Below are positions 58,331 to 64,000 of a stretch of 64,000 nucleotides of DNA, in pieces. The position numbers were made by a program, and so were the translations under genes. The notes beneath the pieces are model-generated. The model worked only from the letters and a program-made list of their open reading frames with translations, searched no databases and was not told the origin of the DNA. Source of the stretch: Candidatus Zixiibacteriota bacterium (GTDB lineage Bacteria; Zixibacteria; MSB-5A5; UBA10806; 4484-95); NCBI GenBank assembly GCA_037441845.1, contig JBBIRK010000006.1, positions 148,880 through 212,879 of the forward strand, given 5' to 3'. Each line of letters opens with the position of its first letter. Position 1 is the first letter of the stretch.

Positions 58331-58727
58331 ACTTTCCCAACCAGCAATCTTGACCGTCCCACGAGTCGATATGATACGATAACCGATACCCGGTTACAAC
58401 CGCAAAATCAAATCAACAATTCTATGAATTTTCATAATTATCGGTAGCCCGGGTGGGATAATAACAATAAACCGCCCCTTCCTAAGTATCCGTAAACGCC
58501 GACTTTCCAGTAAAATATATGTTTTTGTCGCCGTTTGCAATATTTCTTGATATCCCTTAATTGGTAGATTATCCTGATCCGCACGAACAGGTTGCTTTCT
58601 TTTGTCAAAAATGACGTTTACAATCATCGCGGATTTGCAAGACCGCTGGAAAAAGCAGATCAAGCATCCAGGTATCGCTTATCGCGAGCGGGCGTTCGGA
58701 CGCACTCCCTATTGAGGAACTTGCTGC

Positions 58728-59087
58728 GTGCACGAACTGGGAATAGCGGAATCGATCCTCGACACGATCCGCCTAAAAAGCAAAGAGCTGAACGGGGCCT
58801 CCATAAAATCGGTAGGCCTCAGGATCGGCGCTCTTTCGAATATCGTCGATGATGCCCTGCATTTTGCTTTCACGGTGATCGCCAAAGACACCGAATTCGC
58901 CTATGTCGAACTCGAAATCGAGCGTTGTCCGGTGCAGATCGAATGCCTCGATTGCGGCAGGCGTTCAGCGGTCGCCGATTTGCATTTCAGGTGCGACAAA
59001 TGCGGTTCCGGCAGAGTGGAAGTAATTCAAGGGTACGAATTGGAGATATCTCATCTGGAGATCGAATCCAATAGCGCCGAAAAGTGA
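58728..59087 (+). CDS. hypA: Hydrogenase nickel-insertion zinc-finger protein HypA.
   Basis: MHELGIAESIL at the N-terminus, then CLDCGRR...CDKCGS. Confidence 0.8.
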   Translation: MHELGIAESILDTIRLKSKELNGASIKSVGLRIGALSNIVDDALHFAFTVIAKDTEFAYVELEIERCPVQIECLDCGRRSAVADLHFRCDKCGSGRVEVIQGYELEISHLEIESNSAEK

Positions 59088-59137
59088 TCAAAAAACATTC
59101 ACTCAGGATATTTACTTTGCCATAAAGGAAAAGACCC

Positions 59138-59806
59138 ATGACCGAAAAGATCCCGGTAAATCAAAAACTCCTCTCGGAAAACGACCTGATCGCCGCCAGA
59201 CTCAGGGAACAATTCGATCTGAGGGGAATTGTGGCCCTTAATCTAATCAGTTCGCCGGGTTCCGGCAAGACCACCCTCCTTGAAAAAACCATCGGGGCGC
59301 TTAAAGATAAATACAGGTTGGCCCTGATAGCCGGCGACGTGCAGACCGAAAACGATGCAAACCGCCTTATCCGCGCCGGCGGCTCGATCGTCCGGCCGAT
59401 TGTAACCCGCGGCGCATGCCATCTCGATGCCCGCATGGTCGAGCGTGCCGTAGATAGCATCGACCTCGACGAAATCGACCTGCTTTTCATCGAAAACGTC
59501 GGTAATCTCGTTTGTCCCGCCGGATTCGACCTCGGCGAAAAAATGAAAGTGGTTTTAATGAGTACGACCGAGGGGCATGACAAACCGCTGAAATATCCCG
59601 CCGTTTTCCGAAGGGCCTCGGTTGTCGTCATCAATAAAATCGATCTTCTCGGCCTTTCCGATTTCGACCTCGATTGCGCCCGCCGCAATGCGCAGGAGGT
59701 AAATGCAGATCTAACGATTTTCGAAATCTCTTGCCGCGACGGCCGCGGTCTCGAAAAATGGTATGGCTGGCTGACGACGCTGATCGAAAGCGGACGCAAT
59801 CGCTGA
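59138..59806 (+). CDS. hypB: Hydrogenase accessory GTPase HypB.
   Basis: P-loop SSPGSGKTTLLEK, and ENVGNLVCPAGFDLGE. Confidence 0.8.
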   Translation: MTEKIPVNQKLLSENDLIAARLREQFDLRGIVALNLISSPGSGKTTLLEKTIGALKDKYRLALIAGDVQTENDANRLIRAGGSIVRPIVTRGACHLDARMVERAVDSIDLDEIDLLFIENVGNLVCPAGFDLGEKMKVVLMSTTEGHDKPLKYPAVFRRASVVVINKIDLLGLSDFDLDCARRNAQEVNADLTIFEISCRDGRGLEKWYGWLTTLIESGRNR

Positions 59807-60066
59807 TCCGACGAATCGATTGTGATCGATTTCCATTCGGCCGCCGCAAGCCCGACTTCGGCTCGATAATGATTCGAAACGAAAGGAGGAAAGGCGGTGC
59901 CCCGCCGTGGCGCCGATTCTTTTCCCGCCTTCAATCATGGTTTATGCCCGCCGCTTTACCGCATTAATAAGTCAATAGTCGCTTGACAATTTCGTGAACT
60001 TGACTCTATAATTCAAAGGCGGATTTCACCCGGGATTTCTTGGAGAGAGGACTCGCAGTTAAGAAT

Positions 60067-61443
60067 ATGAAAATCGCTATCGGCGCGGATCATGCCGGTT
60101 TCGCCTTAAAAGAAGAACTCAAGAAACAACTAAGCGGAAAAGGTTTTACGATCGACGATTGCGGAACCTACTCCTCCGATCCGGTCGATTATCCGATCTA
60201 TGCCCACGCCGTCGCCGTTCGCGTGGGACGGAACCAATGCGACCGAGGGATCATCATCGACGGTGCCGGAATCGGCTCATGTATCGTGGCCAATAAAATC
60301 AACGGCGTGAGAGCCGCCTCCTGCCACGACTTGTCATCGGCAAGAAACAGCCGCGAACACAACGACACCAACGTCCTCACCCTCGGCGCCGGATTAATCG
60401 GCCTCGAGCTTGCCCGCCAAATAACCGATCTCTGGCTGTCGACCGAATGCACCGCGGAAAGACATAAAAAACGGGTGGCCATGATCACCGAAATCGAAAA
60501 AGGCAACCCCCCGGCTGTGATCGCTCAGGCGGCATCGCCTGCCATACCCGAGCTCGGTCAGGAAGATATCCGGAAAATAGCCGAGAAAATCCAATCGCTC
60601 ATAGGCGGTAGTTGTCGGGTCGTCGATAATGACATCGTCTGTTCTTCCGGACAGAACATTTTCATTCATTACGGCCACCCTACCAAGATCGATCCCGATT
60701 CGGTCAAGCATATGATAGACGCCGGCGCCGGAAGAATCGGCTATACTCCCGATGGCAACGATGTGCCGTCCGGAATCACCGAGCTGATCGACCACACGCT
60801 GCTCAGCCCTCAGGCGACACCCGACCAGATCAAAAAGCTCTGCGAAGAGGCCGTCGCTTACAAGTTCGCCACCGTTTGCGTGAATCCCTGTCATGTCAAG
60901 TTATGCTCACAGTTGCTGCGCGGCACTCCGGTCAAGGTATGCTCGGTGGTGGGCTTTCCGTTCGGGGCGAACACCTCCGAGATCAAGGCGATGGAGGCGC
61001 GCCGGGCGATTCGCGACGGCGCCCGTGAGATCGACATGGTGATCAATATCGGAGCCCTCAAAGCCGGCGATGACGAAACCGTGCTGAAAGATATCATGGC
61101 CGTCACCGAGGCCTGTCGTGACGGCGGCGCGTTGTCGAAAGTTATTATCGAAACCGCCATGCTCACCGATGACGAAAAAATACGCGCCTGCAAACTCGCC
61201 AAAAAAGCCCGCGCCGATTTCGTAAAAACCTCCACCGGCTACGGCCCGGGAGGCGCCACCGTGCACGACGTGGCCCTGATGAGCGAGGCCGTCAAAGGAA
61301 CCAAGATGGGTGTCAAAGCCTCAGGAGGAATAAGAAGTTTCGCGGATGCCAAAAAAATGATCCTGGCCGGTGCCACCAGAATCGGCGCCTCGGCAGGGGT
61401 CAAAATCACCCAGGAGGCCAGGGAGATCACCGTCTCCGAATAG
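60067..61443 (+). CDS. rpiB-deoC: Fusion of ribose-5-phosphate isomerase B (RpiB/LacAB family) and deoxyribose-phosphate aldolase (DeoC).
   Basis: The N-terminal roughly 150 aa read [22 protein letters not shown]...[17 protein letters not shown] (RpiB). The C-terminal roughly 220 aa read [15 protein letters not shown]...ATVCVNP...[12 protein letters not shown]...VKTSTGYG...GVKASGGIR (class-I aldolase, Lys in VKTST). The start was set at the ATG at 60067. Confidence 0.8.
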   Translation: MKIAIGADHAGFALKEELKKQLSGKGFTIDDCGTYSSDPVDYPIYAHAVAVRVGRNQCDRGIIIDGAGIGSCIVANKINGVRAASCHDLSSARNSREHNDTNVLTLGAGLIGLELARQITDLWLSTECTAERHKKRVAMITEIEKGNPPAVIAQAASPAIPELGQEDIRKIAEKIQSLIGGSCRVVDNDIVCSSGQNIFIHYGHPTKIDPDSVKHMIDAGAGRIGYTPDGNDVPSGITELIDHTLLSPQATPDQIKKLCEEAVAYKFATVCVNPCHVKLCSQLLRGTPVKVCSVVGFPFGANTSEIKAMEARRAIRDGAREIDMVINIGALKAGDDETVLKDIMAVTEACRDGGALSKVIIETAMLTDDEKIRACKLAKKARADFVKTSTGYGPGGATVHDVALMSEAVKGTKMGVKASGGIRSFADAKKMILAGATRIGASAGVKITQEAREITVSE

Positions 61444-61477
61444 AAACGCATCAAATTACCCAAGCCAGGAGAACACT

Positions 61478-62101
61478 TTGCCCGATTTAAGAGCTTACGT
61501 CTTTCTCGATAGCATCCAGCCCCAATATGCCGCATTTCTCGGAACCGTGGCTCAGGGGTTTTTGCCGATAGCCGGCATGGCCTCGCTTTACGTGGAGATT
61601 TCCCCGGGGATTGAAATCAACCGCATCACCGACATCGCCTTGAAATCCACCAAGGTCACCCCCGGTATGCAAATCGTCGAAAGGCTCTATGGTTTGCTGG
61701 AAATCCACTCGGAGTCCCAGGCCGATGTCCGCCAGGCGGGCAAGGCGATTCTCGATGCTTTGGGATTGCGCGAGGAAGACCGCTGGAAACCGAGAACGCT
61801 GTCAAGCCAGGTGATCAGACGTTTGGATGATCATCAGACGCAGCTGATCAATCGCATGCGCCACGGAAACATGATAATCGCCGGACAAACCCTTTACGTC
61901 ATGGAGGTGGAACCCGCGGCTTATGCCGCATTGGCCGCCAATGAGGCTGAAAAAGCCGCCGAAATCAATATTCTCGAAGTAAGAGCTTTCGGTTCGTTCG
62001 GCAGAATCTACTTGGGCGGTGAAGAAAAAGATATCGATGTGGGACATCGGGCGGCGATCAAGGCTATCGAGGGCATCTCCGGGCGGACCATGACGAAATG
62101 A
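61478..62101 (+). CDS. BMC-T shell protein (two divergent BMC domains in tandem). Probable TTG start with an AGGAG RBS.
   Basis: The two halves ([30 protein letters not shown]...[23 protein letters not shown] and [22 protein letters not shown]...[28 protein letters not shown]) follow the BMC-domain pattern of the adjacent BMC-H. Confidence 0.5.
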   Translation: MPDLRAYVFLDSIQPQYAAFLGTVAQGFLPIAGMASLYVEISPGIEINRITDIALKSTKVTPGMQIVERLYGLLEIHSESQADVRQAGKAILDALGLREEDRWKPRTLSSQVIRRLDDHQTQLINRMRHGNMIIAGQTLYVMEVEPAAYAALAANEAEKAAEINILEVRAFGSFGRIYLGGEEKDIDVGHRAAIKAIEGISGRTMTK

Positions 62102-62194
62102 AATCGGCTGAATCCGAAATGGTTCGCCGGGAAAACGCAAGGTCAATTTCGAATGCAATGGCAAGTTACTTTTATCCTTATGGAGGTTGATTAA

Positions 62195-62512
<318 letters not shown>

Positions 62513-62647
62513 CCGCCCGGTTCGGGCCGATGGCGCGGCGTAAACCGCAATTGTCTTGATCGTGAGCTTTCGGGTTCAATACCGCCTGCGGCCGCCTGGC
62601 CGCCCGGCCGAACCCGATCGACCGAACCGGTCGCAGGAGAGGATAAC

Positions 62648-62965
62648 ATGCTTCTGGCAAAAGTGATTGGAACCGTCGTTTCCACTCGAAAAGAAAAAAG
62701 CCTCGAAGGCGTCAAATTCCTGTTGCTGCGACCGGTTGACCTCGACGGCAAAGAAAGCGGTGCCGGTGTCGTGGCTATCGATGCCGTCGGCGCCGGAATC
62801 GGCGAAATCGTGATGTTCGCCACCGGTTCATCGGCCCGCCAGACCGTCATAACCGACAAACGCCCCTGCGATGCGGTGGTGATGGCGATTGTGGATAGCT
62901 GGGAAATCGAAGGTGCCACCAAATATAAAAAAACCCAAAAAGAACCGAACGTGGATGAAATTTAG
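62648..62965 (+). CDS. BMC-P pentameric vertex protein (EutN/PduN/CcmL family).
   Basis: MLLAKVIGTVVSTRKEKSLEGVKFLLLRPVD...AIDAVGAGIGEIVMFATGSSAR. Confidence 0.8.
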   Translation: MLLAKVIGTVVSTRKEKSLEGVKFLLLRPVDLDGKESGAGVVAIDAVGAGIGEIVMFATGSSARQTVITDKRPCDAVVMAIVDSWEIEGATKYKKTQKEPNVDEI

Positions 62966-62999
62966 GCCGCTCCGATCGTAATCAGGCGGAAAAATCATC

Positions 63000-64000
63000 A
63001 TGGCCGAACTGGATGAAAGACAAATCGAGGCGATAGCCCGCAGGATCGTAGAGCATCTTTCGCTTGCCCGTAAAATGGAATCGCCCGGGCCGATCGTCCC
63101 CGATTTGGGTGACGGGATATTCGCCGATATCGATTCGGCAGTTCAGGCCGTAACCGCCGCCCAGCGCCAATTTTGCAATATGCCCCTGGCCAAACGCGAT
63201 GAAATAATCTCCGCCATTCGCAAATCGATGCTGGAAAACGCCGAAATCCTGGCAGAGGCCGCTCACGCCGAAACCGGCCTGGGACGCGTCGAAGATAAAA
63301 TCCGCAAGAACAAACTGGTAACCGAAAAAACGCCGGGCACCGAAGATCTCTATCCGACCGCCCGCACCGGCGACCGTGGTTTGTCCCTTTTCGAAGCGGC
63401 TCCTTTTGGAGTCATCGCCGCAATCACGCCTATCACCAACCCGACCTCGACAATAATCTGCAACACTATCGGAATGATCGCCGCCGGCAACGGGGTCGTT
63501 TTCAATGTTCATCCGGGTGCGCGCAAGGTGTCCATTCAAAACGTTATTTTGCTGAACAAGGCGATAACCGGAGTCGGCGGCCCGCCCAATCTGGTGGCGG
63601 CGATCGCCGAACCTACCGTCGAAAGCGCTCAACGACTGATGCAACATCCCGGGATAAGGCTGATCGTGGTCACCGGCGGCGAGGCGGTCGTGCATTTCGC
63701 CATGCACAGCGGCAAAAGGGCGATCTGCGCCGGTCCCGGCAACCCGCCTGTGGTCGTCGATGAAACCGCCGATATCCCCAAAGCCGGAAAAGATATCGTT
63801 CAAGGCGCTTCGTTCGATAACAATATAATCTGCACCGATGAAAAAACGACTTTCGCAGTCGAATCGATCGCCGTCGACCTGCTCCACGCAATGTCCGACA
63901 ACGGCGCCTTGGTCTTGAATACCTCTCAGGCCGCCCAGCTCGAACGATTGATTTTCGAAAAAAACAACGGCCCCGGGAAACCGGCGGTCATGAATAAATC
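63000..64000 (+). CDS. CoA-acylating aldehyde dehydrogenase (EutE/PduP family) with an N-terminal amphipathic encapsulation-peptide-like helix. Partial: the 3' end lies beyond the window.
   Basis: Manual translation from the ATG at 63000: MAELDERQIEAIARRIVEHL...FGVIAAITPITNPTSTIICNTIGMIAAGNGVVFNVHP...GASFDNNIICTDEKT (catalytic Cys). It is not in the ORF track because there is no in-window stop. Confidence 0.75.
   Translation, partial: MAELDERQIEAIARRIVEHLSLARKMESPGPIVPDLGDGIFADIDSAVQAVTAAQRQFCNMPLAKRDEIISAIRKSMLENAEILAEAAHAETGLGRVEDKIRKNKLVTEKTPGTEDLYPTARTGDRGLSLFEAAPFGVIAAITPITNPTSTIICNTIGMIAAGNGVVFNVHPGARKVSIQNVILLNKAITGVGGPPNLVAAIAEPTVESAQRLMQHPGIRLIVVTGGEAVVHFAMHSGKRAICAGPGNPPVVVDETADIPKAGKDIVQGASFDNNIICTDEKTTFAVESIAVDLLHAMSDNGALVLNTSQAAQLERLIFEKNNGPGKPAVMNK

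Noticed and set aside
62513-62647. GC-rich structured 135-bp spacer between BMC-H and BMC-P containing 'gggttcaatacc'. Examined as a possible tRNA or small RNA.
   Set aside because: No tRNA cloverleaf could be built: the T-loop consensus GGTTCGAATCC and the acceptor pairing are absent. It is more likely an intra-operon stem-loop affecting shell-protein stoichiometry.
62982-63887. 301-aa - strand ORF listed in the track at the end of the window.
   Set aside because: The + strand here encodes a clean EutE/PduP-type aldehyde dehydrogenase (catalytic DNNIICTDEK, good RBS and ATG at 63000). The - strand translation is Arg/Gly/Asp-rich with no domain signature.

Overview
This window is dominated by a near-complete dissimilatory sulfate-reduction gene island from an anaerobe. 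The base composition is moderately GC-rich by eye, and no rRNA, tRNA, CRISPR array or mobile element was recognised. All assignments below come from reading the supplied translations for motifs and from gene order; no database search was run.

- **Sulfate-reduction island (16.5-36.3 kb):** sat-aprBA on the + strand, divergent from qmoAB on the - strand. qmoAB runs straight into one long - strand dsr array, dsrA-B-D-N-(DsrL-like)-C-(DsrT-like)-M-K-J-O-P. DsrD and a DsrL-type NAD(P)H oxidoreductase occur together in this reductive-type operon. The qmoAB pair has no adjacent qmoC. A QmoC-like gene sits 21 kb away at 6.2-7.4 kb, behind its own palindrome-bearing regulatory region.
- **Downstream of dsrP:** a CoA-disulfide-reductase with a rhodanese domain, then a hemA-sirC-hemC-cobA/hemD-hemB-hemL-mazG operon that would supply sirohaem and haem.
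- **Most unusual module (0.6-5.4 kb):** an operon for a helix-turn-helix/Cys-rich/REC-like regulator, a NarI/DsrM-like cytochrome b, a DsrK/HdrD-like protein fused to a C-terminal receiver domain, and a histidine kinase with two Cys-rich PAS domains. A CheY-like gene lies divergently. Together this looks like an undescribed redox-sensing two-component system built on a DsrMK-type membrane module.
- **Second paralogous unit (37.7-41.5 kb):** a DsrMK-like pair followed by a small protein and a tandem DsrC/TusE-like fusion that lacks the catalytic C-terminal cysteine arm.
- **Downstream:** putative anion transporters (a TauE/SafE fragment; a CBS protein plus a DASS permease), a PEP-utilising enzyme with an unfamiliar C-terminus, a PAS-LuxR regulator, an M19 dipeptidase, livKHMGF, an S9 peptidase, an acetyltransferase and hypAB.
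- **Window end (60-64 kb):** a bacterial-microcompartment locus of the sugar-phosphate-utilisation type. It holds an RpiB-DeoC fusion, BMC-T, BMC-H and BMC-P shell proteins, and an acylating aldehyde dehydrogenase with an N-terminal amphipathic helix that runs off the window.
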